A stretch of 64,000 nucleotides of DNA from Bacteroidota bacterium (GTDB lineage: Bacteria > Bacteroidota > Bacteroidia > Chitinophagales > Chitinophagaceae): contig JBDKJF010000015.1 of assembly GCA_039796695.1 (NCBI GenBank), positions 1,144 to 65,143 on the forward strand. Reading direction: 5' to 3'. This document shows, in pieces, positions 18,710-28,815 of this stretch (the first letter of the stretch is position 1; every line of letters begins with the position of its first letter). A model generated the notes under the pieces. That model made no database searches, had not been told where the DNA came from, and saw only the letters and a list, made by a program, of their open reading frames with translations. A program made the position numbers and the translations under genes.

Positions 18710-19438
18710 ATGAATACCAAAAACGACATAGTAAAAGAGTTAACTGCACTAAATAGTTCCCTTGGGGCTACGGTAGTTAGTACTCCTTATGTTGTACCGG
18801 ATAATTATTTTGAAGGGCTGGCGGCAAAGGTTTTATCCACCGTTAAAAGCCAATCAGTAACCCCTGCGGCAGCAGAAATTATGGCTCTTTCTCCTTTATT
18901 GAGCACCTTGTCTCGACAAATGCCGTACACCGTACCTGCGGGTTATTTTGAAGAAATTAGTATTACCGTTCCACTACTCGCTAGTAAAAAAGAGCTATCG
19001 GCGGAGGAGGAATTAAATACCCTTTCTCCCTTACTAAGTAGTATTAGTAAAGAAAACCCATATAGCATACCAGCCGGTTATTTTGATGCAAGGCGTACCA
19101 CCCCTGCCGTGGCCCCACAAACCGCTAGCAAAGTGGTAGCAATGCGTAGTGGCAAATGGTGGAAAATAGCGGCCGCAGCAATGGTGGCAGGCGTGCTAAT
19201 AACTGTAGGCATTAATAGCTATATTAAAAATAATAATAGCCCTATTGCCAGTGTAGCAAAAGCAACAGATGCCGAATTAAATGAATTTTTAGAAATAACA
19301 AACACCTCCACAGAAACAGTTACCGTAGCGGTAGAATCCACTACTAAAGAACTTTTAAAAGATGTATCTGATGAAGAATTAAAAAGTTTTTTACAAGAAA
19401 CGTCTGAAGCGGGTGTATATGAAGAATCTATAAATTAA
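18710..19438 (+). CDS. putative anti-sigma factor (single-pass membrane protein)
   Basis: Lies 45 nt downstream of the ECF sigma gene. Has one TM helix (WWKIAAAAMVAGVLITVGI) and three copies of a PY-x-[VI]P-x-x-YF-[ED] motif in the N-terminal part. Confidence 0.5.
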   Translation: MNTKNDIVKELTALNSSLGATVVSTPYVVPDNYFEGLAAKVLSTVKSQSVTPAAAEIMALSPLLSTLSRQMPYTVPAGYFEEISITVPLLASKKELSAEEELNTLSPLLSSISKENPYSIPAGYFDARRTTPAVAPQTASKVVAMRSGKWWKIAAAAMVAGVLITVGINSYIKNNNSPIASVAKATDAELNEFLEITNTSTETVTVAVESTTKELLKDVSDEELKSFLQETSEAGVYEESIN

Positions 19439-19444
19439 CCTAAA

Positions 19445-19882
19445 GTGAAAAAACAATTACGCTTATTATTTTTCTCTTTATTAGCATCTTTTACTGTAAT
19501 GGCACAAGATGCGAATGACGATGCTCAACAAGGCGGTAAGCTGATGGAGCGAATGCAGCAGTATATTCAAAACAGGCTTCATTTATCTAAACCCGAGTCA
19601 GAAAAATTTAATCCTATTTTTTTTCGATACGTAACCGAATTAAGAAAAACGCACAAAGAAAATAAGGCAGACAAACTATTACTACAATCAAGAATTGCCG
19701 AAGTAAGACTTAAGTTTAGAAACGAATTTCGACAGGTAATGGATGAACAAAGAGCCAATCGCATATTTAAACATCAAGGCGAGTTTGAAGACCTGGTTAG
19801 AAAGGAAATTTTAGAACGTAGACAAAATCGACAAGGAGGAAGTAGGTTAAAACTAACTGGTCCTAGTTCCAAAAATTTGTAA
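19445..19882 (+). CDS. secreted helical protein, possibly Spy/CpxP-like periplasmic protein
   Basis: GTG start and signal peptide (VMAQD). The mature part is charged and helical. It is the third gene of the ECF module. Confidence 0.4.
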   Translation: MKKQLRLLFFSLLASFTVMAQDANDDAQQGGKLMERMQQYIQNRLHLSKPESEKFNPIFFRYVTELRKTHKENKADKLLLQSRIAEVRLKFRNEFRQVMDEQRANRIFKHQGEFEDLVRKEILERRQNRQGGSRLKLTGPSSKNL

Positions 19883-19914
19883 AAAAAAAAGCCGCATTAT
19901 GCGTTTTTTTAGGT

Positions 19915-20649
19915 CTATTTTTTTCGCTTTATCAATTTTGTGGATAGAATACGTACATCTTTTATAGGCCTATCTTTATCTCTACCCTTACTGGTATTTA
20001 CAGCGGCTATTGCATCTATTACTTCCATACCTTTTATTACTTCACCAAACACGGTATAGGCTTGGTCTAAATGCGGTGTACCGCCATTCGTTTTGTAAAT
20101 TTCTCTACGCTCAGGTGGTATTTTTTTTCCTTTAAGGCGATTATTTTCTACGTTATCTAATTCGGCATCAGAAAAAGATTTTCCCTGTACTAAATAAAAT
20201 TGGCTGCCGCTGCTGGCTTTCTCCGGGTTCACATTATCACCCATTCGGGCCGCCGCTATTACTCCTTTTTTATGAAAAAGTGTTTGGTTTATTTCTGCCG
20301 GCAGGGTATAGCCTGGCCCACCATTGCCCAAGGGTATACCTGCTATTGCTTTTTTACTTTCTGGGTCGCCAGCCTGTATCATAAAATCCTTTATTACCCG
20401 ATGGAAAAGCACACTATCGTAAAAATTTTTTTTCACCAACTTTATAAAGTTATCTCTATGAAGCGGGGTCGAATCTGAAAGCCGGATTATCATATCGCCC
20501 ATAGATGTTTGCATTAGCACATCTTTCTTTCTATCTTTTTTAGTAACGATGGTATCTTTTTGCGCTGTTGCAACACACATGTAGCACAATGCCATAACCA
20601 ATAGCGCCAATTTAGTTAATACACTTTTTTTAAAATTCATTTTGTTCAA
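19915..20649 (-). CDS. peptidyl-prolyl cis-trans isomerase, cyclophilin type (secreted)
   Basis: Contains FHRVIKDFMIQAGDP, SGSQFYLV and HLDQAYTVFGEVIKGMEVID, plus an N-terminal signal peptide. Confidence 0.9.
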   Translation of the reverse strand: MNKMNFKKSVLTKLALLVMALCYMCVATAQKDTIVTKKDRKKDVLMQTSMGDMIIRLSDSTPLHRDNFIKLVKKNFYDSVLFHRVIKDFMIQAGDPESKKAIAGIPLGNGGPGYTLPAEINQTLFHKKGVIAAARMGDNVNPEKASSGSQFYLVQGKSFSDAELDNVENNRLKGKKIPPERREIYKTNGGTPHLDQAYTVFGEVIKGMEVIDAIAAVNTSKGRDKDRPIKDVRILSTKLIKRKK

Positions 20650-20974
20650 AATATAAAAGTATATGATCCTTTAAAAAATTTTCTTGCTCGGGCATGCTCA
20701 TGTCGGGCATGGGTTTTAATTGCTTGTAATGCGGCCAACCATCTTCATCCACGCCATCCATTTCATAATAGCCGCTAGTTGCTAACAGGGTGCACACGGC
20801 AATATGCATTAAATCTTGCTTTTGCTCTTTGGTAAATTTTTCATGGGTAAGGCCCAATTCTTGTATACCAATTAGAAAAAGTAGGGTTTCCATATCTGGT
20901 TTTTTACCAAATCTTTCCACCAGTTTTGCTTCTAGGTTCCACCATCGTTGTTGTAGATCATCACTTACTTGCAT
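20630..20974 (-). CDS. hypothetical protein (conserved-looking, 114 aa)
   Basis: Clean ORF that overlaps the PPIase gene start by 20 nt (operon-like). A -7 box lies just upstream. I recognise no family. Confidence 0.55.
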   Translation of the reverse strand: MQVSDDLQQRWWNLEAKLVERFGKKPDMETLLFLIGIQELGLTHEKFTKEQKQDLMHIAVCTLLATSGYYEMDGVDEDGWPHYKQLKPMPDMSMPEQENFLKDHILLYFEQNEF

Positions 20975-20979
20975 ACGGG

Positions 20980-20987
20980 CAAAGATA
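20980..20987 (-). promoter_or_regulatory. candidate -7 box (TATCTTTG) for hypothetical gene 20630-20974
   Basis: Exact TAnnTTTG match on the minus strand, 5 nt before the ATG at 20974. Confidence 0.4.
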
Positions 20988-21015
20988 CAAAGTAGAGTAC
21001 TTGTTCCATCTCCTT

Positions 21016-21023
21016 TATCTTTG
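21016..21023 (+). promoter_or_regulatory. candidate -7 box (TATCTTTG) for serS
   Basis: Exact TAnnTTTG match, 16 nt before the ATG at 21040. This supports the shorter serS start. Confidence 0.4.
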
Positions 21024-21039
21024 CGAAAAAAGTAGAGAT

Positions 21040-22311
21040 ATGTTGCAGTTACAGGTGTTACGACAAGACCCCCAGGCGGTAAAAGACAAGCTGGCCATTA
21101 AGCATTTTGCAGATCTAGCATTGGTGGATAGCATTATTGCATTGGACGATGAAAGAAAAAAACTTCAACTTGAATTTGATACAAATCAAGCTAAAGTAAA
21201 TAGCACCTCTAAAGAAATTGGCGGATTAATGAGCCAGGGGCTAAAAGAAGAGGCTGAGAACAAAAAACAAGCTGTAGCCAAATTAAAAGAATCACTACAA
21301 CCTATTGCAGAAAAATTAACAGTAACCGAAAAACTTTTACAAGATGAATTGGTAAAACTGCCCAACCTACCTGCGGATATCGTACCTGTAGGCAAACTGC
21401 CTGCAGACAATGTTGTGGTAAGAGAAGGTGGCAACAAACCAACATTGCCACCCCATGCCGTTCCTCATTGGGATTTAATTAAGCAATATGATTTAGTAGA
21501 TTTTGAAACGGGTGCTAAAATAACCGGTAGCGGCTTTGCGCTATTTAAAGGCAATGGCGCCAAATTGCAAAGAGCCTTAATTCAATATTTTTTAGACTTT
21601 AATACCGCCGCAGGGTACACGGAGTTCCATCCACCGTTTATGGTAAATGAGGCATCCGCATTTGGTACCGGACAACTGCCCGATAAAGAAGGGCAAATGT
21701 ATTATATGCCTGCAGATAACTTTTATATGATACCCACTTCTGAAGTGCCTGTTACCAATATTTATAGAGATGAAATAGTAAAAGAAGAAAACTTACCTAT
21801 AAAAATGACGGCTTATTCTCCATGCTTTAGAAGAGAGGCGGGCAGTTTTGGAAAAGATGTAAGGGGGCTAAACAGGGTGCACCAATTTGAAAAAGTAGAG
21901 ATAGTACAAATTGTAAAAGCAGGATCAAGTTATGAAGCATTAGAGGCAATGGTGCTGCATGTAGAAAAGCTATTAAATAGTTTAGCGCTTCCATACCGCA
22001 TTCTTAGGCTTTGTGGTGGCGACATGAGTTTTGCCTCTGCCCTTACTTACGATTTTGAAGTATATAGCGCCGCACAAGATAAATGGTTGGAAGTAAGTTC
22101 TGTTTCTAATTTTGAAACCTATCAAACCAACCGTATGAAAATTAGGTATAAGGATGAAAACGGCAAAACACAATTAGCGCATTCCTTAAATGGTAGTTCA
22201 TTAGCCTTACCTAGAATCATTGCCTGTTTATTAGAAAATAATCAATCTGCCGAAGGCATACAGCTTCCTAACAGTATACATTCATACTTTGGCGGAAGCT
22301 TAATAAAATAA
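21040..22311 (+). CDS. serS: serine--tRNA ligase
   Basis: MLQLQVLRQDPQAVKDKL starts the coiled-coil arm, followed by class II motifs (FRREAGS, GLNRVHQFEKVE, GSSLALPR). The ORF-track start at 20926 is an upstream extension that overlaps the divergent gene. Confidence 0.95.
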   Translation: MLQLQVLRQDPQAVKDKLAIKHFADLALVDSIIALDDERKKLQLEFDTNQAKVNSTSKEIGGLMSQGLKEEAENKKQAVAKLKESLQPIAEKLTVTEKLLQDELVKLPNLPADIVPVGKLPADNVVVREGGNKPTLPPHAVPHWDLIKQYDLVDFETGAKITGSGFALFKGNGAKLQRALIQYFLDFNTAAGYTEFHPPFMVNEASAFGTGQLPDKEGQMYYMPADNFYMIPTSEVPVTNIYRDEIVKEENLPIKMTAYSPCFRREAGSFGKDVRGLNRVHQFEKVEIVQIVKAGSSYEALEAMVLHVEKLLNSLALPYRILRLCGGDMSFASALTYDFEVYSAAQDKWLEVSSVSNFETYQTNRMKIRYKDENGKTQLAHSLNGSSLALPRIIACLLENNQSAEGIQLPNSIHSYFGGSLIK

Positions 22312-22337
22312 ATTAAACAGAAGTATACTAAAGTAAA

Positions 22338-22372
22338 AGGGCCATCTTGTTTGTTACAGGATGGCCCTTTTG
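22338..22372 (+). terminator. terminator between the convergent serS and M43 protease genes
   Basis: AGGGCCATC ... GATGGCCCT is a 9-bp stem followed by TTTT. Confidence 0.7.
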
Positions 22373-22399
22373 GGTGTGTGGTGATATTGCTATACGCTA

Positions 22400-23380
22400 T
22401 TAAGGTTGTGCAAAAGTATTTCTTGGACCACCCGCTGCAAACGTAGCCTGCATTCTTGCTCTTTGTCCTAAGGAGAACATATACATACAAGCATCATTAG
22501 TATAATCCATATAGTTCATATACATTTCAAGTGGTGTGCCGGTACAAGTGCTAGTATGGCCAGCAGTAGGGCAACCACCATTAGAGGTATTATGTAAAGG
22601 CGTATCGCTTACCTGATCGTTTCCACAAGTAGCATCGCCCCAAATATGGCGTAGGTTTAGCCAATGGCCTACTTCATGCGTAGCTGTTCTACCTAAATCA
22701 AACGGAGCAGCAGCAGTGCCTACACGGCCGGTAGCATTATCATCTAATACTACACCATCGGTAGCAGCAGCGCCTCCCGGAAACTGTGCGTATCCTAATA
22801 TACCACCTCCCATATTACAAACCCAAATATTAAGTATGGTAGTAGGGCTGGTGGCTGCTATTCCTTGAGAGGCCGTTTTCATTGCATTGTTAGTACTCCA
22901 ACTTGTTTTACTTGTTTTTTTACGATTTACCGACTCTAAAACAAAACGAATATTACAATCGCCAGATTTTACAGCGTTAAACGGATTGGAAGTACCATAA
23001 TCACTATTAGTAGCTGCAAAGTCTTCATTCAACACATCAATTTGCGATTGTAATTGTGCTAATGAAACATTTTGAGCATTTGTTTTGTAAATAACGTTAA
23101 ACACTACTGGTATTTCAATATCACCATTAGCTAATAAACGGCCCATAGTAGGATTTTCAACTATACCACGGGTAAAATTTTCAATTGCTTCTAATCGTTG
23201 TTTTCTGGATGGATCAGCCTTCATTTCTTCTTCCAATACTTCATAAGAAGAGCACCTACGTTGCGAAGATGCAATTACAGCCTCATCCTCTGGTAAGCTG
23301 TCCTCATTAGATACAGATTTGTTACAACTGGTGCCTAATAGCATGGCGCCTGTAGCAAGCACTAAGAAAGTTTTTTTCAT
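22400..23380 (-). CDS. zinc metalloprotease, M43 (pappalysin/cytophagalysin-like) family lipoprotein
   Basis: Has HEVGHWLNLRHIWGD (HExxHxxGxxH) and a signal/lipobox MKKTFLVLATGAMLLGTSC starting at the ATG at 23380. Confidence 0.8.
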   Translation of the reverse strand: MKKTFLVLATGAMLLGTSCNKSVSNEDSLPEDEAVIASSQRRCSSYEVLEEEMKADPSRKQRLEAIENFTRGIVENPTMGRLLANGDIEIPVVFNVIYKTNAQNVSLAQLQSQIDVLNEDFAATNSDYGTSNPFNAVKSGDCNIRFVLESVNRKKTSKTSWSTNNAMKTASQGIAATSPTTILNIWVCNMGGGILGYAQFPGGAAATDGVVLDDNATGRVGTAAAPFDLGRTATHEVGHWLNLRHIWGDATCGNDQVSDTPLHNTSNGGCPTAGHTSTCTGTPLEMYMNYMDYTNDACMYMFSLGQRARMQATFAAGGPRNTFAQP

Positions 23381-23534
23381 AATTGAGTTTTCAAGTTGTG
23401 TAATAAATAATTGCCTTTGAATATATTTCACATTTCACTAACTATTGTTAATTTCAAGAAAACTATTATTGCAACGTTGTTTCTAAACTGCAAAAAGTTG
23501 CAAAAATGATAGCTGATCATTTTAAAAATTTAGC

Positions 23535-23867
23535 ATGTACAAAATAGTAACGCTGCTCGCTATTACCCTTTTATTAATGGCTTGTGCCAAAAAGGCTATA
23601 CCCGTTTTAAAGGATAGAAACGTGGAGCCACCCGTATTAAAGCAGCCTATTTATCCCCCACAGGCTACGGTGGTAGCTAACTTAGAGAAAGGGCAAGCAC
23701 TGTTTAGTACCGCCTGCCAAAAATGCCACGAAACGCCCGCACCTAATAACTTTACCGCCAGCGCTTGGGATGGATACTTGTACAGTATGCTGCCCCGTAC
23801 CGGCTTAAATAATGAGGAAGCATTTCATTTACGAGCATACGTAATGGCCCATGCTAAAAATAAATAG
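23535..23867 (+). CDS. small mono-haem c-type cytochrome-like lipoprotein
   Basis: Has a lipobox (LLMAC) and GQALFSTACQKCH, which fits the G-x3-F-x3-CxxCH class I pattern. Confidence 0.6.
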   Translation: MYKIVTLLAITLLLMACAKKAIPVLKDRNVEPPVLKQPIYPPQATVVANLEKGQALFSTACQKCHETPAPNNFTASAWDGYLYSMLPRTGLNNEEAFHLRAYVMAHAKNK

Positions 23868-23963
23868 TACCACCACCCTATTATATTTATGTTATGAAAT
23901 ATCTAAAACAGAAGTTCGTTTTAAACTAGCTACTTTAATATAAGTCACAAAAAAAAATAAGGC

Positions 23964-25424
23964 ATGGCATTGACGCTTCAAATTAAAAATCAGCATTTAA
24001 TGTGGCGGGCTGGTTTCGGCCCCGCGGTAGAGCAATTAGCCGATCTTAAACAATACACCCCACAACAAGTGTATAAAGCCCTGGTAAAAGCATCTTTAAA
24101 AAAACCTGATTATATAGATGTGGCAGATGATTACTTAAAAGGCGTGGTACAAGGTATAGAAGAAGAAGGGCGTATGAAAAAAAAAGAATTAGACCAAGGG
24201 CAAAAAAAAATGCTGCAGCAAAAAAATAGAGAGGGTGTACGTAACCTCAATATGTATTGGATGCATGATATGGTAAATAGCAGCACCCAATTAAGAGAGA
24301 AGGTAGCCTTTTTTTGGCATGGCCATTTTGCTTGCCGAAATTTAAATGTATTTTATCAACAAGGCTTGTTGGATATTATTAGAAGAAATGCGCTGGGCAA
24401 TTTTGGAACGCTATTAAAAGAAGTATCAAAATCTGCCGCAATGCTTAATTTTTTAAATAACCAGCAAAATAGAAAAGATCATCCCAACGAAAATTTTGCC
24501 AGAGAGGTTATGGAATTATTTACACTCGGCAGAGGCAATTATACGGAGCTGGATATTAAAGAAGCTGCAAGGGCTTTTACCGGTTGGGGTGCGAATGTAA
24601 AAGGTGAATATGTGTTCAAAAAATTTCAACATGATTTTGGCAGTAAAACCGTGTTAGGTAAAACGGGATACTTTGATGGGGGCGATGTATTAGATATTTT
24701 GCTGCAGCAACCACAAACTGCCCATTTCATTACCACAAAAATTTATCGCTTTTTTGTAAATGAAAAAGTAGATACCGAAAAAGTAAACTGGCTGGCAAAA
24801 CGCTTTTATGCTAGTAACTATGAAATTGGAAAATTGCTAGAAGATATTTTTACCAGCGATTGGTTTTATGACGAAAAAAATATTGGCGTGCAAATAAAAT
24901 CGCCAGTAGAATTATTGGTGGGCATACAACGAATGTTACCCATGAAGTTTCAGAAAGATGAAGCATTACTTTTATTACAAAGGGCACTAGGTCAATTATT
25001 GTTCTATCCACCCAACGTAGCAGGCTGGCCGGGAGGCAAAGCATGGATTGATAGCTCCAGCTTACTATTACGCATGCGCATACCGCAGCTATTGAATGAT
25101 AAAGATGAATTTAACATCACTACCAAAACAGACGACGACCAGCAAATGGGTAAGATGGAAGAAAAGCAACCACTAGCCTATAGCGGAAACAAAAAAATGG
25201 CGAAGCCAATTTTGGTAGATATAGACTGGAGCATGTATAAACAATATTTTGACGCAACGCCAAAAGAACAACTTTTAGCTGCCATCAGCCATCATTTGCT
25301 GCAAGTAAAAAGCCGTATTGATGATACTGTTATTAAACAATACACAGATCAAAGTGGCAGAGAACCATTTATTAAAACCACTACTTTACAATTGATGAGC
25401 ACTCCAGAGTATCAGCTTTGCTAA
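23964..25424 (+). CDS. DUF1800 domain-containing protein
   Basis: Contains typical DUF1800 strings (FWHGHFA, MLNFLNNQQN, NENFAREVMELFTLG, AARAFTGW) and is paired with DUF1501 downstream. Confidence 0.8.
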   Translation: MALTLQIKNQHLMWRAGFGPAVEQLADLKQYTPQQVYKALVKASLKKPDYIDVADDYLKGVVQGIEEEGRMKKKELDQGQKKMLQQKNREGVRNLNMYWMHDMVNSSTQLREKVAFFWHGHFACRNLNVFYQQGLLDIIRRNALGNFGTLLKEVSKSAAMLNFLNNQQNRKDHPNENFAREVMELFTLGRGNYTELDIKEAARAFTGWGANVKGEYVFKKFQHDFGSKTVLGKTGYFDGGDVLDILLQQPQTAHFITTKIYRFFVNEKVDTEKVNWLAKRFYASNYEIGKLLEDIFTSDWFYDEKNIGVQIKSPVELLVGIQRMLPMKFQKDEALLLLQRALGQLLFYPPNVAGWPGGKAWIDSSSLLLRMRIPQLLNDKDEFNITTKTDDDQQMGKMEEKQPLAYSGNKKMAKPILVDIDWSMYKQYFDATPKEQLLAAISHHLLQVKSRIDDTVIKQYTDQSGREPFIKTTTLQLMSTPEYQLC

Positions 25425-25443
25425 ATCCATTAACATTCTGTAT

Positions 25444-26643
25444 ATGTATATAAAAAGAAAAGAATTTTTACAAGTAGGCTCTTTGGCTACCGCTTCCATG
25501 ATGCTGCCAAAATTTTTGAAAGCATTTGATACCAGTAATCAAGTCCCGATAGGCAACAAAGCTGTTGTAATATTACAATTAAGCGGCGGCAATGATGGGT
25601 TAAATACCGTCATTCCCTACCGAAATGATTTATATTATAAAGCAAGGCCAAAACTTGGTATTGCAAAAGATAAAGCCTTAACCCTTACCGATGATGCTGG
25701 CTTACACCCTGCATTAAAAATATTTAAAACTTTACATGACGATGGCCACCTCGCCATTCTTAATAATGTGGGTTATCCTAACCCCGATCGATCGCATTTT
25801 AGAAGCATGGATATATGGCACACCGCTAGCGCTAGCAGCGAATACTGGACCAATGGATGGGTGGGACGCTATTTAGATGCGCAATGTAATGGCTGTAACA
25901 AGCCTACGCAAGCCATTGAAATAGACGATGTGCTTAGCTTGGCCTTAAAGGGCGAAGCCATAAAAGGTATTGCTGTTAAAGATCCAAGAAAACTATATGG
26001 TACCGCCAATGAAAATTTTTTTAAAGAGGTAATTAAAAATCATAAAGACGAAAGCGGCGAACAGCCCGTTGACTATTTATACAAAACAATGGCAGAGACC
26101 TTATCATCGGCAGATTATATTTTCAAGCAAAGTCGCTTGCATCCTACTAACGCTACCTATCCCAAAACGGAATTGGCCAATAGTTTAAAAACCATTGCTT
26201 CGCTTATCTATTCAGAAATAAATACCAAAGTTTACTACGTATCTCTTGGCAGTTTTGATACGCATATAAATCAAGAAGGTCAGCAACAGCGTTTGTTTAC
26301 AGAAATGAACGATGCGGTAGATGCATTTGTAAAAGATTTAAAAGAAAATAATCGGTTTAATGATGTGTTGCTTTTTACTTTTTCTGAATTTGGCAGGCGG
26401 GTGCAGCAAAATGCAAGTGGCGGTACCGATCATGGTACGGCCAATAATATGTTTTTAATAAGTGGCGCTTTAAAACAAAAAGGTTTACTAAATGCATTGC
26501 CCAACCTGGCCAATTTGGATGAAGGCGATTTAAAATACAATGTAGATTTTAAAAGTGTATACGCTACGGTGTTAAAAAAATGGCTAGGTGCCAATGATAC
26601 TATCATATTACAAAACCAATACGACTACCTGTCGTTTATTTAA
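25444..26643 (+). CDS. DUF1501 domain-containing protein (sulfatase-fold-like)
   Basis: Contains LSGGNDGLNTVIP, RSHFRSMDIWHTA, GSFDTH and GGTDHGTANNMF, the canonical partner strings of DUF1800. Confidence 0.8.
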   Translation: MYIKRKEFLQVGSLATASMMLPKFLKAFDTSNQVPIGNKAVVILQLSGGNDGLNTVIPYRNDLYYKARPKLGIAKDKALTLTDDAGLHPALKIFKTLHDDGHLAILNNVGYPNPDRSHFRSMDIWHTASASSEYWTNGWVGRYLDAQCNGCNKPTQAIEIDDVLSLALKGEAIKGIAVKDPRKLYGTANENFFKEVIKNHKDESGEQPVDYLYKTMAETLSSADYIFKQSRLHPTNATYPKTELANSLKTIASLIYSEINTKVYYVSLGSFDTHINQEGQQQRLFTEMNDAVDAFVKDLKENNRFNDVLLFTFSEFGRRVQQNASGGTDHGTANNMFLISGALKQKGLLNALPNLANLDEGDLKYNVDFKSVYATVLKKWLGANDTIILQNQYDYLSFI

Positions 26644-26706
26644 GCTACAGATATATTATTTATTCTGCATTATCGGGCATAGTTTTACATCATTAAACGC
26701 TGTTTG

Positions 26707-27588
26707 ATGTATTTAGATTTTACCCAACTTTCCGCTGGCGAAAAGCAGTACTACCTACAACATGCCATAGCGCCACGGCCTATTTGTTTTGCTTCTACTA
26801 TAAACCAAAAAGGAGAAGTAAACCTAAGCCCATTCAGTTTTTTTAATTTGTTTTCGGCGCATCCACCCATCGTTATTTTTTCGCCTGCCCGAAGGGTAAG
26901 AGATAATTCCATTAAACACACGTTGCAAAATGTATTAGCAGTACCCGAGGTAGTTATAAATATAGTAACGTATGATATGGTGCAACAGCAGTCGCTTGCC
27001 AGTTGCGAATATCCGGCAGGTGTTAATGAATTTATAAAAGCAGGATTTACAGAACAGCAAAGCACCCTAGTAACTCCGCCTGGTGTAATGGAAAGTAAAA
27101 TAAAAATGGAATGTAAAGTGGTAGAAGTAAAGCCACTTGGTGAAGCGGGCGGGGGTGGTAACCTGGTAATATGCGAAGTACTCTGTTTGCATATTAATGA
27201 TGCGCTGCTAGACGATCATAAAAAAATAGACCCTAAAAAAATTAACCATGTGGCTCGCTTAGGCGGCGATTGGTATTGTAAAGTAGATGAAAGTAACTTG
27301 TTTACCGTACCAAAGCCTAATAGCCTACTGGGCATAGGTATAGATGCCTTACCTAGCTGTATTAGATATAGCAACATTTTAACCGGAAATAATTTAGCAC
27401 AGTTGGCTAATGTAACAGCAATGCCTGTTATTAATCCAGCGTTTGAAGACGACCATCTTAAACAAATTATTCAATATTATAGCATCAACCCAGATGAAAT
27501 GGAAAAAGAAATTCATCTATATGCCCAAAAGCTACTGGCAGTCGATGATATAAATGCTGCTTGGCAAGTATTGCTAGCTAGTTCATAA
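26707..27588 (+). CDS. flavin reductase-like (FMN-binding split-barrel) family protein with C-terminal extension
   Basis: Contains IAPRPICFASTINQKGEVNLSPFSFFN. An extra ~90 aa follows the barrel domain. Confidence 0.7.
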   Translation: MYLDFTQLSAGEKQYYLQHAIAPRPICFASTINQKGEVNLSPFSFFNLFSAHPPIVIFSPARRVRDNSIKHTLQNVLAVPEVVINIVTYDMVQQQSLASCEYPAGVNEFIKAGFTEQQSTLVTPPGVMESKIKMECKVVEVKPLGEAGGGGNLVICEVLCLHINDALLDDHKKIDPKKINHVARLGGDWYCKVDESNLFTVPKPNSLLGIGIDALPSCIRYSNILTGNNLAQLANVTAMPVINPAFEDDHLKQIIQYYSINPDEMEKEIHLYAQKLLAVDDINAAWQVLLASS

Positions 27589-27626
27589 AATGTTATACCT
27601 TTAATAAGCACCTTAAAAACTATTTT

Positions 27627-28520
27627 ATGAAGAAAGTAGTTGGCCCGTTTTTTTTAGCAAGCTTTGTAAGCATTTATTTTTTGGCATGCGTTCCGCAAAA
27701 GCAAGTAAGTACGCAGCAAATAAGTTTATCTACCGTAGATAGCCACTTACTACGCCATAAAGATGAATTGCAAGTAATAGATCAAAAATTGCAGCATAAG
27801 CAAGCGGCCAATGAAATAGATGATACCGCCTCCAATAGAATTAAAAGATACATTGCCAATACACAAATAGAAATAGATACGTTGATAGGTAGAAATTCCA
27901 TTTTAATTGGTCAGGAAATTATAAAAAAAGAAGATTGGAAAAGGCTGCAAGTGGCATTAATATCCTCTCAAAAAAGTTTAAAAACAATTGACGCTAAAGT
28001 AAATTTTATTAAAGATCTTATTCAACGTAATACGGTAGTTAAGCTAGAGCAAGATGTACTTTTTGGCCCAGGACAATACAAGGTAGATGCGGCCACTACA
28101 CAAAAAATTAAAAACTTATTTGAGCCAGTAGCAAAAGAAATAAATCTATTTACTCAAAAATATCCCAACTTTCCCTTGGCATTAGTTATTACGGCAAAAG
28201 GCTATGCCGATGCCACTGCTATTGGTGAAGGCAGTAGTTTGTATAAAGATTTAAAAGAAAAACTTACGCTGGAGAATGACAACCCTACCTCTGCCGATTT
28301 AAATAAAAAATTATCCAACGAAAGGGCCAAAGAAGTAATTAGCCTATTTGAAAAATATACAAAAGACAAAGCACCAGCGGGCACTAATATCAAAAACATA
28401 CTCTATGTACACGAGGGTAAAGGAGAGCGGTTTCCTAATCCTTCTATAACAGATTATAAAGTTGATGATAGTAGAAGGCGAGTGGTTTTGCTATTTTGGA
28501 GTGTTTTTCCCGATGAATAA
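27627..28520 (+). CDS. lipoprotein with coiled-coil region and OmpA-like C-terminal domain (tentative)
   Basis: Has a signal/lipobox (YFLAC). The C-terminal ITAKGYADATAIG...LSNERAKEV...RRRVVLLF resembles the OmpA_C-like pattern. Confidence 0.45.
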   Translation: MKKVVGPFFLASFVSIYFLACVPQKQVSTQQISLSTVDSHLLRHKDELQVIDQKLQHKQAANEIDDTASNRIKRYIANTQIEIDTLIGRNSILIGQEIIKKEDWKRLQVALISSQKSLKTIDAKVNFIKDLIQRNTVVKLEQDVLFGPGQYKVDAATTQKIKNLFEPVAKEINLFTQKYPNFPLALVITAKGYADATAIGEGSSLYKDLKEKLTLENDNPTSADLNKKLSNERAKEVISLFEKYTKDKAPAGTNIKNILYVHEGKGERFPNPSITDYKVDDSRRRVVLLFWSVFPDE

Positions 28521-28787
28521 ATCATAGTCCTCGCCTTTTTTAATAGTTGGTAATAATTAGCTACCCATTTCATTCAACTGCATTTACAAGGTTGTAGCTG
28601 GAAAGGCCATTGAACCGCTGCATTATGTTTACAAAAATATTGTAGGCCGAGTCATTTCTTTGTTCGGCTGAAGTTACAAGCTGCTGTATCACGGAATGCC
28701 ATACTGTATAAATACCTACCGTGGATAGGTATTGAAACATGAAAACTTATCGATTACCATTGTCCAATTATTCATGTATGCGGCACA

Positions 28788-28815
28788 TAAAAAAAGACCC
28801 CAAATAGAGGTCTTA
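28788..28815 (-). terminator. rho-independent terminator after the DksA-like gene
   Basis: The minus strand reads AAGACC-TCTATTTGG-GGTCTT followed by TTTTTTT. Confidence 0.7.

Noticed and set aside
20926-21039. N-terminal 38-aa extension of serS given by the ORF track
   Set aside because: The extension overlaps the divergent gene 20630-20974. The conserved SerRS N-terminus begins at the ATG at 21040, which is preceded by a -7 box at 21016-21023.
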